Shown piece after piece: positions 24,749 through 33,606 of a stretch of DNA of 64,000 nucleotides (positions within the stretch are counted from its first letter, which is position 1; every line of letters starts with the position of its first letter). The translations under genes were made by a program, and so were the position numbers. The notes beneath the pieces were generated by a model. That model was not told the origin of the DNA. It searched no databases and saw only the letters and a program-made list of their open reading frames with translations. Source of the stretch: Planctomycetota bacterium (lineage in GTDB: Bacteria > Planctomycetota > UBA1135 > GCA-002686595); assembly GCA_036006425.1 (NCBI GenBank), contig DASYPQ010000022.1, positions 337,938 to 401,937 of the forward strand, written 5' to 3'.

Positions 24749-26457
24749 GGCCTGGAGCGTACCGCGGCGTCGAGCTTCCGCTGAACGTCGCGATCACCGG
24801 GTCGGAGCTCGAGCGCCTTCGTGAAGTGCGCGATCGCCTCGGCGCGGCGGCCGACGAGCATCAAGGCACTCCCGAGGTTCAGGTGCGCGTCGACGAGGTC
24901 CGGGTTCGACTGCAGCGCGGCCTCGAAGTGCGCGATCGCCGCGTCGAGATGGCCTTGCGCCGCGAGGAGCCGGCCGAGGTTGTGGTGCGCCTCCGGGAGC
25001 GCGGGCGACCAGCGCAACGCGGTCTCGTACTTCTCGATCGCTTCCGCGGGACGGCCCGTCAGCTCGAGGACCATACCCTCGTTGCAGTGGGCCTGCGCGT
25101 AGCTCGGGCGCAGGCGCAGCGCCTCCTCGTACTGCGCCATCGCCTCGTCGAGACGGTGCTCGCGCAGGTGCACGCTCCCCAGGATCCCGTGCGCGAGGTA
25201 GTTCGTGGGGAGCACCGCCGCGACGTGCTCGAAGAGCGTCCGGTCGTCCTTCCAGTACCCGACCTGCCGCCAGGTCGCCGCCGTCCATGCGACGGCGACG
25301 ACGACGAGCGCCACGGCACCCGCGCGCTTCGCGAATTCCGCGACGCCGAAGCCGACGGCGATCGCGAGGCCGATCATCGGCACGTACACGTACCGATCGG
25401 CCATCGCCTGCGAGCCGACCTGGACGAGCCCGATCACCGGGACGAGCGTGCCGAGGAACCAGAGCCATCCGACGGCGAGCCAGGGACGGGTCGTCCACTG
25501 CTTCCACGCGAGCACGGTCGCGGCGAGGAGCACGCACGTCGCGCCCGCCACCTGCCAGAAGGGATACGAGTCGATCGGGTGCGGGTAGTACACCGCGAGA
25601 GCCGTCGGCACCAGCGCCTTCCAGAGGTACGCGACGTACGCGACGAGCGCGTTCTCGAGCCGCAGCACGAACGGGACGACGTCGGTGAGCGCCATCGCGC
25701 CCGCCGCGCGCTGGACGAGGAACGTGACGACGCTCGACGCGGCGGCGAGCAGGAACAGCGGGATCTTCTCGCGCACGAGCCACGGCGCTCCCGCGCGCGC
25801 GAGTGGCCACGCGTCCAGCAGGAGCAGCGTGAACGGCAGCGTCACGAGCATCGGCTTCGAGAGGAGACCGAGCACGTAGAACGCGAGCACGGCCGCGTAC
25901 CTCCCCGCTGTCCGCCGCTCCACCCAGCTCACGTACGCCTGCGTCGTCAGGATCCAGAAGAACGCCGACAGGACGTCCTTGCGCTCCGCGGCCCACGCGA
26001 CGGACTCGACGTGCAAGGGATGCAGGCCGAAGACGACGGCGACGAAGGCGCTCGGCCCGATCGACTGCGTCGTCCGCACGAGCAGGCGGAAGAGCAGCAC
26101 CGTGCTCGCGACGTGCAGCGCGAGGCTCGTCAGGTGATGGCCCGCGGGACGCATCCCGTACAGCTCGACGTCGAGCATGTGCGAGATCCACGTCAACGGA
26201 TGCCAGTTCGCCGAGTGACCCGTCGTGAACGCCCACACGATCCCGCGCCAGGTCAATCCCGCTTGCACGTGCGGGCTCTGCGTCAAGTAGTCGTTGTCGT
26301 CGAGGTTGATGAACCCGTTGCCGACGACGCGCGCGTACGCCGCGACGGTCAGGACCGCCAGCGCGATGGAGAGCGAAAGTACGGAACCAGGTTCGCTTTT
26401 TCGCGTCGCGCCGCGCGCGGCGCGAGAAAACGAACCTGGTTCCGTACTTTCCTTCAC
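24745..26457 (-). CDS. TMTC-like GT-C/TPR membrane protein (paralogue 2, tandem duplicate)
   Basis: Same architecture as paralogue 1. Long stretches are nearly identical to it at protein and nucleotide level. The only possible start upstream of TM1 is GTG 26457, in a GTGA overlap with the upstream stop. Confidence 0.75.
   Translation of the reverse strand: MKESTEPGSFSRAARGATRKSEPGSVLSLSIALAVLTVAAYARVVGNGFINLDDNDYLTQSPHVQAGLTWRGIVWAFTTGHSANWHPLTWISHMLDVELYGMRPAGHHLTSLALHVASTVLLFRLLVRTTQSIGPSAFVAVVFGLHPLHVESVAWAAERKDVLSAFFWILTTQAYVSWVERRTAGRYAAVLAFYVLGLLSKPMLVTLPFTLLLLDAWPLARAGAPWLVREKIPLFLLAAASSVVTFLVQRAAGAMALTDVVPFVLRLENALVAYVAYLWKALVPTALAVYYPHPIDSYPFWQVAGATCVLLAATVLAWKQWTTRPWLAVGWLWFLGTLVPVIGLVQVGSQAMADRYVYVPMIGLAIAVGFGVAEFAKRAGAVALVVVAVAWTAATWRQVGYWKDDRTLFEHVAAVLPTNYLAHGILGSVHLREHRLDEAMAQYEEALRLRPSYAQAHCNEGMVLELTGRPAEAIEKYETALRWSPALPEAHHNLGRLLAAQGHLDAAIAHFEAALQSNPDLVDAHLNLGSALMLVGRRAEAIAHFTKALELRPGDRDVQRKLDAAVRSRP
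26375..26451. repeat. ~77-nt imperfect palindrome lying inside the first ~25 codons of the TMTC-like paralogue 2
   Basis: GAAAGTACGGAACCAGGTTCG...CGAACCTGGTTCCGTACTTTC. The arms translate as STEPGS / SEPGSV. The termini resemble those of the 83-nt palindromes at 55453 and 58535. Confidence 0.7.
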
Positions 26458-27344
26458 TTCAGCCGGAAGTGGTGCGCGCGGCGGAGCAGGCGTTGGCACT
26501 CCGCGCGGAACTGGTCCTTGCGCGCGTGGTGGATCAGTCGGTCGATGAAGTCGAGCGGCAGGGCGATCCCGTAGTAGATGACGAGAAGGGACTTCAGGTC
26601 GAGGTGGAGCCCGAACTGCTCGAACGGCGCGACCCAGATGTCGGCGATCGCGGCGGCGAGGAAGAACAGCGTGCTCAAGTCGAAGTTCGTCGCGACGGCG
26701 CGGATCGACGCCAGGAACCCGTGGAACGCGAACGGCCGCTGCTCGCCGGGGAGATCGCCGTCCTTCGCGAGCGTCGCGGCGTCGGCTCCGGCGGTCAGCT
26801 GGCTCACGAAGCGTTCCTTCGAATCGTTCGTCGACAGCAGCACGTACCTGCACACGAGCATCGACGAGACGTCCTGCAGGAACTTCTGGAACAGCACCGC
26901 GAGGAGCGCGAAGAGACCGAACAGGAACACCGCGGGCTTGCCGGTCGTCGCCGCGGCGTAGATCCCGAGGCACACGAAGAAGCTCGACTTCACCGCCAGG
27001 TGGAAGAGGAAGTCGTAGTAGCCCCACACGAGCTTCTCGCCCTTGTGGAACCGCGCCACCTCGCCGTCGACGCAGTCGAAGACGTAGTACAGGAACACGC
27101 ACGCGAAGCCGAGCACCGCGAGCCATCCGCCGGAGAGCACGAAGAGCGAGCCCGCGACGCCGAACACGAGCATCGAGAGCGTCGCGACCGTCGGCGAGAT
27201 CCCCTGCTCGACGAAGAACTTCGTAACGAGGATCGAGACATGGTCGCCGACGACCACGCCGGCGACGTCGTTGTACTGCCGGACTGGTTGCTGGACCCTC
27301 TGCCTGAGCTCCGCGATCGTCACCATGTCGCGTGAGGATTGCAT
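26454..27344 (-). CDS. CDP-alcohol phosphatidyltransferase family protein
   Basis: DCVDGEVAR (D-x2-DG-x2-AR) motif in a polytopic membrane protein. Confidence 0.85.
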   Translation of the reverse strand: MQSSRDMVTIAELRQRVQQPVRQYNDVAGVVVGDHVSILVTKFFVEQGISPTVATLSMLVFGVAGSLFVLSGGWLAVLGFACVFLYYVFDCVDGEVARFHKGEKLVWGYYDFLFHLAVKSSFFVCLGIYAAATTGKPAVFLFGLFALLAVLFQKFLQDVSSMLVCRYVLLSTNDSKERFVSQLTAGADAATLAKDGDLPGEQRPFAFHGFLASIRAVATNFDLSTLFFLAAAIADIWVAPFEQFGLHLDLKSLLVIYYGIALPLDFIDRLIHHARKDQFRAECQRLLRRAHHFRLK

Positions 27345-27378
27345 CCGCCGCCGGAGCTTCCCGCAAGGGCGGCGACGA

Positions 27379-28854
27379 TCAACGTCGTCGGATCGCGCTC
27401 GCGATCGTGCGCACGACCGACGCGAGCTCGGCCTTTTCCTCCGCGCGCAGGTAGCCGCTGGTCCAGAGGAGCGCCGGGAGGACGAGGACGAGGCCCAGGC
27501 GCGCGGCGAGTCCGCCCGGGGTCGCCGCCGCGGGAACCTGCGCGCTCGCGAAGTACAAGGCGACGCCCGCGGCGACCGGGAGCAGGACGCGGAAGACCTC
27601 GTAGCCCGCGTGCATCGCGCGCTCGGCGAGCACCCAGGTCGCGAGCGCGAGCGCGCCGAAGGTCGCTAGCGTCGCCCACGCCGAGCCCATGTACCCCATC
27701 GAGGGCACGAGGACCCGGTTCAGCGCGAGGTTCAACGCCGCGGCTCCGGCGACGAGCCACGAGATCGAGGCGGTTCGCTCGCGGACGTACAGGCCCGTGC
27801 TCGCGATCTGGTAGATCGCCCACGCGACGTAGCCGGCGACGATCAGCGGCATCGCCCGGTGCGACTCGAAGAACTCCGGCGCGGCCATGATCCGCACGAT
27901 CTCCGGGCTGAAGACGGCGAGGGCGAGCGAGGCGCAGCACATGAGCGCCGTGAAGTACTTCATCACCGCGCGACAGATCGCGCGCGCGGCCTCCGGATCC
28001 TTCACGCCGAAGATGTAGGGGAACCAGACGAGGCCGAACGCCTCGAGGAACACCGCGTTCGCGATCGAGCCGAGCTTGTACGCGATCGAGTACTGTCCGA
28101 CCGCACCGAGCCCGCGGTACGTCTCGACGAACCACCGGTCGGCCTGGTGCAACGCGAACATCGGGATGCCGCCGAGGATCAGCGGATAGGAGTAGCGCAG
28201 GAGCCGCTTCGCGGTCGGCCACGAGAAATGGAGGCCGAGGCGACGCGCGATCCACACGAGCATGCCGGCCGCGATCACGGCCTCGCCGCCGAGGACGCTG
28301 TAGAGGACGCCCATGAAGGTGAGGCCGAGGCCCGCGAGGAGCCACACCTTGAGACCGACCTCGAAGACGGTCTTCAGCGTCGTGAGGACGCCGTACGCGA
28401 CGGAACGCTCCAGGATCTGGAGCCACCGGAGCCCGACTTGCCCGAGCGTCTGGAGCATCAGGATCGCGGCGACGGCGACGAGGGCGTTGCCGTACTGGCT
28501 CGATCCGAAGAGCAGCGCCGCGCCGCGCTCGCGGAAGACGATCGCGGCGAGCAGCGCCGTCCCCGTCGACGCCGCGAGGAGCCAGAGGCACGTCGTGACC
28601 ACCTTCCCGCGCTCCGCCTCGGCCTCGTACTCCGGGTAGAAACGCGTCATCCCGTACAGGAGATTGATCCCGAGGAGCTGCGCCGCGAACGCGATCGTCG
28701 TCGCCGACATCTCGACGACGCCGTAGTTCGCTGTCGTGGCGATGTACGCCGTGACGAACGGGATCAGCAGGAAGCCGAGGGCCTTCTGCGCGAGAGGCCC
28801 GAGCGCGTAGATCGCGGAGTGCTTCGTCAGCCGATGGAGCGCGTCGGAGATCAC
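27379..28854 (-). CDS. polysaccharide/oligosaccharide flippase (Wzx-like, MOP superfamily)
   Basis: About 12-14 TM segments. The N-terminus MISDALHRLTKHSAIYALGPLAQKALGFLLIPFVT is typical of the Polysacc_synt family. Confidence 0.8.
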   Translation of the reverse strand: MISDALHRLTKHSAIYALGPLAQKALGFLLIPFVTAYIATTANYGVVEMSATTIAFAAQLLGINLLYGMTRFYPEYEAEAERGKVVTTCLWLLAASTGTALLAAIVFRERGAALLFGSSQYGNALVAVAAILMLQTLGQVGLRWLQILERSVAYGVLTTLKTVFEVGLKVWLLAGLGLTFMGVLYSVLGGEAVIAAGMLVWIARRLGLHFSWPTAKRLLRYSYPLILGGIPMFALHQADRWFVETYRGLGAVGQYSIAYKLGSIANAVFLEAFGLVWFPYIFGVKDPEAARAICRAVMKYFTALMCCASLALAVFSPEIVRIMAAPEFFESHRAMPLIVAGYVAWAIYQIASTGLYVRERTASISWLVAGAAALNLALNRVLVPSMGYMGSAWATLATFGALALATWVLAERAMHAGYEVFRVLLPVAAGVALYFASAQVPAAATPGGLAARLGLVLVLPALLWTSGYLRAEEKAELASVVRTIASAIRRR

Positions 28855-28864
28855 GAGCGGCGGA

Positions 28865-29566
28865 TCAGTCCTCGAGCGAGAACGGCGTGAAGTCCGTCTC
28901 GCGGTCGTAGAAGTCCTCGTTCTCGGCCTTCTTCAGGAACGCGACGACCCTGTACGTTATCGGCGTGCAGATCGCTTCGACCGAGATCTTGAAGCCCCAA
29001 TTGAAGGCGACGACGCCGACGAGCGTCCTCGTCTCCCAGACGCCGAAGAACGCGAGCGGATAGAAGATCAGGCTGTCGACGGCCTGGCCCGCGATCGTCG
29101 AGCCGATCGTGCGCATCCAGAGGAAGCGGCCCGCGGTCCAGACCTTCATCCGCGCGAGCACGTAGGAGTTCACGAAATCGCCGGCCCAGAACGCCAGGAT
29201 CGAGCCGAGGACGATGCGCCACGTGCTGCCGAAGACCTCCTGGATCGCCGGCTGGATGATCTTGTTGTACGGCTCGCTCTCGGCGGGCGGCATCCGGATC
29301 ACGATCTGGCTCATGATCGTCGCGAAGATCATCGCGCCGAAACCGGCCCAGATCACCTTGCGCGCGCGCGCGTAGCCGTACACCTCGGTGAGGACGTCGC
29401 CGAAGATGTAGGCGATCGGGAAGAAGATGTTGCCGGCGCCGAACACGCGCTGACCGAGGATCGGGAACGGGAGGGCGCACGTCTTCGCCGGCCCGATCAG
29501 GTTCGAGCAGAGGAGCACCGTGACGAACGCCGCCATCACGAGGTCGTAGTAGCGGTAGGAGCGCAT
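28865..29566 (-). CDS. yhhQ: queuosine-precursor transporter (YhhQ/DUF165, VUT family)
   Basis: MRSYRYYDLVMAAFVTVLLCSNLIG...FPIAYIFGDVLTEVYGY...DSLIFYPLAFFG. The N-terminal part of ORF 28865..30190 is antisense junk. Confidence 0.85.
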   Translation of the reverse strand: MRSYRYYDLVMAAFVTVLLCSNLIGPAKTCALPFPILGQRVFGAGNIFFPIAYIFGDVLTEVYGYARARKVIWAGFGAMIFATIMSQIVIRMPPAESEPYNKIIQPAIQEVFGSTWRIVLGSILAFWAGDFVNSYVLARMKVWTAGRFLWMRTIGSTIAGQAVDSLIFYPLAFFGVWETRTLVGVVAFNWGFKISVEAICTPITYRVVAFLKKAENEDFYDRETDFTPFSLED

Positions 29567-29568
29567 TC

Positions 29569-29657
29569 GGTGCCGCGACAGTCTGTCACAGGCGCGCCGC
29601 GGGACGAAGCGCGAGGTTGCGAACGGGCTCGATCCTGTGACAAACTGTCGCGGCACC
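29569..29657. promoter_or_regulatory. 24-bp-arm inverted repeat occupying the whole 93-bp divergent intergenic region
   Basis: GGTGCCGCGACAGTCTGTCACAGG-41 nt-CCTGTGACAAACTGTCGCGGCACC. Each arm ends 2 nt before an ATG (29566 minus strand, 29660 plus strand). Confidence 0.55.
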
Positions 29658-29659
29658 GC

Positions 29660-30139
29660 ATGACCGTCCTCGAGCACATGAAGGGGATGAGCCCGGAGCG
29701 CTTCTGCGCGCTGTACCGGAGCCTCGAGCACCAGGGATTCGGCCCGCTCGACGCGGACGTCGCGCGATCGCTGCGGTTCCGGCCCCAGGCGATCCGCAAG
29801 CTGCCGATGGAGCAGCGCGCGAAGCGCGCGCGGATGATCATCGAGTCGACGAAGAACGCGAACCTCGCGTACGAGATCGTCGGCGGGTACCTGATGAAGA
29901 CCAGGAAGGACCTCGTCGTCGGTTTCCTCGACGCGACGGGCGTCAAGCACGAGAACGGGATGATCGAGGACATCGAGGGCGTGAAGCCAGAGCCCGCGAA
30001 GATCGCGGAGGCCGTCGCAGAGCTCGACAAGAAGTTCCCGGCCGACGACGTGACGCTGTACCTCGTGCTGTGCGCGGAGCAGTGGCCCGACGAAAAGGCT
30101 TTCGGGAAGCTGCTCGCGGGCCGCGTCCAGGCGACATGA
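29660..30139 (+). CDS. hypothetical cytoplasmic protein (unknown family)
   Basis: Coding-like composition from MTVLEHMKGMSPERF. Its stop overlaps the next start (ATGA). No motif recognised. Confidence 0.5.
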   Translation: MTVLEHMKGMSPERFCALYRSLEHQGFGPLDADVARSLRFRPQAIRKLPMEQRAKRARMIIESTKNANLAYEIVGGYLMKTRKDLVVGFLDATGVKHENGMIEDIEGVKPEPAKIAEAVAELDKKFPADDVTLYLVLCAEQWPDEKAFGKLLAGRVQAT

Positions 30140-31563
30140 TCCGCCTCCTCCTCGCGCTCCTCGCCGCGTTCGCGATCCCCTCGCCTGCACCGACGCGCCC
30201 CGCCGAGGATCCCGTCGTGTGGACGGGCACGGTCGAGCTCCCCGACGGCATGAAGCTCGACTTCTCCGTCGAGCTCAGGAAGGACTCCGGCACGATCTCG
30301 ATCCCGCTCCAGCACGCGAAGGACATGCCGCTCTCCGACGTCGTGGTCACGGACAAGGAGCTGAAGTTCTCGATCCCGTCCGTCGGCGCTGTGTGGGAGA
30401 TGAAGATCGCGGAGGACGGGAAATCCGCTGCGGGCGTGCTCCGGCAGGGCGCGGAGCTCAAGACGACGATGAAGCGCCTCGCGGCCGGCGAGACGGCGGT
30501 GAAGGAGCTCGTGCGGTCCCAGGAGGCGAAGGCGCCGTTCCCGTACGCGACGGTCGAGGTGCAGTTCGAGAACAAGCCGGCTGGAGCGACGCTCGCCGGG
30601 ACGCTGTCGGTGCCGCAAGGGAAAGGCCCGTTCCCGTGCGTCGTCATGGTGACGGGCTCGGGTCCGCAGGACCGCGACGAGGCGCTGCTCGGCCATCGCC
30701 CGTTCTTCGTGATCGCCGATCACCTGACGCGCCATGGCATCGCGGTGCTGCGGTACGACGATCGGGGCGTCGCGAAGTCGACCGGCACGTTCCGCGGGGC
30801 GACGTCGGACGATTTCGCGGAGGACGCGCTCGCGGGGGTCGAGTTCCTGAAGACGCGGAAGGAAGTCGACGCGAAGCACATCGGGATCGTCGGGCACAGC
30901 GAGGGCGGGTTGATCGCGCCGATCTGCGCGGCGAAGTCGAAGGACATCGCGTTCGTCGTGCTTCTCGCCGGCACGGGGATGAGCGGCGCGGAACTGATGC
31001 CGATCCAGAGCAAGCTGATCAGCATCGCCGCGGGCGTGCCGGCGGCGGAAGCGGAGCTGCAGGCGCAGGAGGCCGCGGCGATCTACGCGATGATGCTCGC
31101 GGGCAAGAGCGACGCGGAGCTCAAGGAAGGCATCCGCGCCGCCGCGCTGCGGCAATTGAAGGTCGCGCCCGACACGAAGGACCTCTCCGAGGCGGAGCTG
31201 AAGCAGAGGGCGGACCAGGTCGTCACGGAGCAGTCGGGCGAGCTGCTGAGCCCGTGGTTCAAGCGGTTCGCGGCGCTGGATCCGCGCGAGTACTTGAAGA
31301 AGGTGACGTGCCCGGTGCTCGCTATGAACGGCGAGAAGGACTTGCAGGTGCCGCCGAAGGAGAACCTGCCGCGGATCGAGAAGACGTTGAAGGACGCCGG
31401 GAACAAGGACGTGACGGTGATCGAGTTCCCGGGGCTCAATCACCTCTTCCAGACGTGCAAGACGGGATCGCCGGCGGAATACGGGCAGATCGACGAGACG
31501 TTCTCGCCGACGGCGCTCGAGGCCGTGACGAGCTGGATCCGCAAGCGCACCGGGCTGAACTGA
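30136..31563 (+). CDS. secreted alpha/beta-hydrolase (serine hydrolase)
   Basis: Signal peptide MIRLLLALLAAFAIPSPA. Nucleophile elbow GIVGHSEGG. C-terminal ...GLNHLFQ His region. Confidence 0.75.
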   Translation: MIRLLLALLAAFAIPSPAPTRPAEDPVVWTGTVELPDGMKLDFSVELRKDSGTISIPLQHAKDMPLSDVVVTDKELKFSIPSVGAVWEMKIAEDGKSAAGVLRQGAELKTTMKRLAAGETAVKELVRSQEAKAPFPYATVEVQFENKPAGATLAGTLSVPQGKGPFPCVVMVTGSGPQDRDEALLGHRPFFVIADHLTRHGIAVLRYDDRGVAKSTGTFRGATSDDFAEDALAGVEFLKTRKEVDAKHIGIVGHSEGGLIAPICAAKSKDIAFVVLLAGTGMSGAELMPIQSKLISIAAGVPAAEAELQAQEAAAIYAMMLAGKSDAELKEGIRAAALRQLKVAPDTKDLSEAELKQRADQVVTEQSGELLSPWFKRFAALDPREYLKKVTCPVLAMNGEKDLQVPPKENLPRIEKTLKDAGNKDVTVIEFPGLNHLFQTCKTGSPAEYGQIDETFSPTALEAVTSWIRKRTGLN

Positions 31564-31569
31564 CGGCCG

Positions 31570-32400
31570 TCAGCGCTTCTGGCACCGCGCGCAGAAGTGC
31601 GTCCCGCGTTGCGCGACGACGATGCGGCGGATCGGCTCGCCGCAGCGGACGCAGGGCTTCCCCTTCCGTCCGTACACCTTGAACTCGTCCTGGTAGCTGC
31701 CGGGATTCCCTTCGGGCGTGCGGTAGAACACGTCGAAGCTCGAGCCTTCGCGCGCGATCGCTTCGGCGAGCGTCGCGCGGATCTCGTCGCGTAGGAGACG
31801 CGCGCGCTCGCGCGAGATCCGATCCGAACGCGCGAGCGGGTGGATCCCGGCGCGGAACAGCGACTCGTCGGCGTAGATGTTCCCGAGGCCGGCGACGAAG
31901 GTCTGGTCCATGAGCAGCGGCTTCAGCATCCTCCCGCGCTCGCGCAGCGCGGCGTGGAGCCAGTCGCTCGTGAACGCATCCGACAGCGGCTCGGGACCGA
32001 GCTCGCCGAGCAGGTCGGCCGCATCGGACGCGTAGCAGAGCCGCGCGAACTTCCTCACGTCGATGAAGAAGAACGACGCGCCGTCGTCGAGCGCGAGCTT
32101 CACCTTGAGGTACGGCCCGGCGTCCCAGCTGTGCGGCTCGACGTGCACGCGTCCCGTCATCCGCAGGTGACCGACGAGCGCGCCCGTCGGGCGTCCTCCC
32201 TGCTCGAGGTCGGCGACCAGGAACTTCCCGCGGCGCCACACGCGCGCCAAGCGCGCGCCGACGACCGCTCGCGCGAACGCGGGCCGCGACAAGCCGCCGA
32301 GCGTGCGCGTCCAGCGCACCTCGCAGCCCTCGATCGTCCGCCCCTCGAGCCTCGGCCGGATCAAGCGGGCGATCGTCTCGACTTCAGGGAGTTCCGGCAC
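31570..32400 (-). CDS. mutM: formamidopyrimidine-DNA glycosylase
   Basis: MPELPEVETI N-terminus, H2TH region, C-terminal zinc finger CVRCGEPI...HFCARCQ. Confidence 0.9.
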   Translation of the reverse strand: MPELPEVETIARLIRPRLEGRTIEGCEVRWTRTLGGLSRPAFARAVVGARLARVWRRGKFLVADLEQGGRPTGALVGHLRMTGRVHVEPHSWDAGPYLKVKLALDDGASFFFIDVRKFARLCYASDAADLLGELGPEPLSDAFTSDWLHAALRERGRMLKPLLMDQTFVAGLGNIYADESLFRAGIHPLARSDRISRERARLLRDEIRATLAEAIAREGSSFDVFYRTPEGNPGSYQDEFKVYGRKGKPCVRCGEPIRRIVVAQRGTHFCARCQKR

Positions 32401-32406
32401 CGTTCG

Positions 32407-32790
32407 TCACCGAGGCTTCGCCCACCATTCCTTGTTCTGCACGTCGGTCGCGTACTCGATCGCGACCCAGATCGACATGGAGCGCGGCAGGAACCAGAAG
32501 GCGAACGCGAGGTGGATCGTGATCCCGACCGAGAGCGCCACGGGCAGGCTCCACGACGTCGCGACGAACAGCACGACGCAAATCACGGCGGCGACGATCT
32601 CCGTCGCGATCGCGGCGAGGTACATCGAGCCGATCATCGATCCCTGCTCGCGCCGGTAGACGAGCCCGCACACGTCGCAGCGATCGCGGAGCCGCGCCCA
32701 GCGCGCGAACAGCAGCCCCTCACCGCACTGCGGGCAGCGGTCGCGCAGCACGCGGCGGACGAACACCAACCGTCGGCGCAGCTCGCTCAT
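32407..32790 (-). CDS. DUF983-family small membrane protein
   Basis: CPQCGEGLLF...CDVCG zinc-ribbon-like N-terminus followed by two TM helices. Confidence 0.7.
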   Translation of the reverse strand: MSELRRRLVFVRRVLRDRCPQCGEGLLFARWARLRDRCDVCGLVYRREQGSMIGSMYLAAIATEIVAAVICVVLFVATSWSLPVALSVGITIHLAFAFWFLPRSMSIWVAIEYATDVQNKEWWAKPR

Positions 32791-32838
32791 GCGGCGTCCA
32801 ACATACGGTGCCGCGACGGGTTGTCACGGAAACGCGCG

Positions 32839-33606
32839 TCAGACGGCGTGGCTGACGCCGAGGAGCTCGAAGAGCCGGTTCTTCGCCTTCCCGTACTCGA
32901 CGCTCCCGAAATCGCGCGGGTGCGCCATGCCGACCGGCACGATCTCCGCGATGCGCCCCGGACGCGGCGTCATGACGACGACTCGGTCGGCGAGCTGCAG
33001 CGCTTCGTCGACGTCGTGCGTCACGAAGAGGATCGTCGGCTTCTCCTGCTGCCAGATGCGCAGGAGCTCCGCGCGCATCTGCAGCCGCGTGATCGAGTCG
33101 AGCGCGCCGAGCGGCTCGTCCATGAAGATGATGTCGGGCGAGACCGCGAGGGCGCGCGCGACGGCGACGCGCTGCTTCATGCCGCCGGAGAGCTCGGAGG
33201 GATAGCTCCCCTCGAAGCCCTTGAGCCCGACGAGCTCGATGTAGTGCTCGACGATGCGCGCCTGCTCCGCCTCGGACTTCTTCCGCAGGCCGAGCGCGAC
33301 GTTGTCGGTCACCGTGGCCCACGGGAAGATCCCGTACTCCTGGAAGACGAAGATCCGCCGCGGGTCGGGGCCGAGCACCGGCTCGCCGTCGATCTCGACG
33401 GTGCCCGACGTCGCCGTGTCGAAGCCGCCGACGATGTTCAGGAGCGTCGATTTGCCGCAGCCCGAAGGCCCGAGGATGCAGATGAACTCCCCGGTGCGCA
33501 CGGTCAGGTCGATGTTCTTGAGCACGACGAGCTCGCCCTTCCGCTGACGGAACGACTTGTCGACGCCGTGGATGGCGACTTTGGTGCCGGCGACGCCCAC
33601 GATCAT
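32839..33606 (-). CDS. ABC transporter ATP-binding protein (NitT/TauT family)
   Basis: GPSGCGKSTL, LSGGMKQRVAVARAL, IIFMDEPLGALD. Its ATG overlaps the permease stop (ATGA). Confidence 0.9.
   Translation of the reverse strand: MIVGVAGTKVAIHGVDKSFRQRKGELVVLKNIDLTVRTGEFICILGPSGCGKSTLLNIVGGFDTATSGTVEIDGEPVLGPDPRRIFVFQEYGIFPWATVTDNVALGLRKKSEAEQARIVEHYIELVGLKGFEGSYPSELSGGMKQRVAVARALAVSPDIIFMDEPLGALDSITRLQMRAELLRIWQQEKPTILFVTHDVDEALQLADRVVVMTPRPGRIAEIVPVGMAHPRDFGSVEYGKAKNRLFELLGVSHAV

Noticed and set aside
29567-29659. Expected a preQ1 riboswitch in front of yhhQ.
   Set aside because: I could not recognise the preQ1-I/II/III consensus by eye (no short hairpin plus A-rich tail). The region is instead a symmetric 24-bp-arm inverted repeat shared with the divergent gene. 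A covariance-model scan is still advisable.
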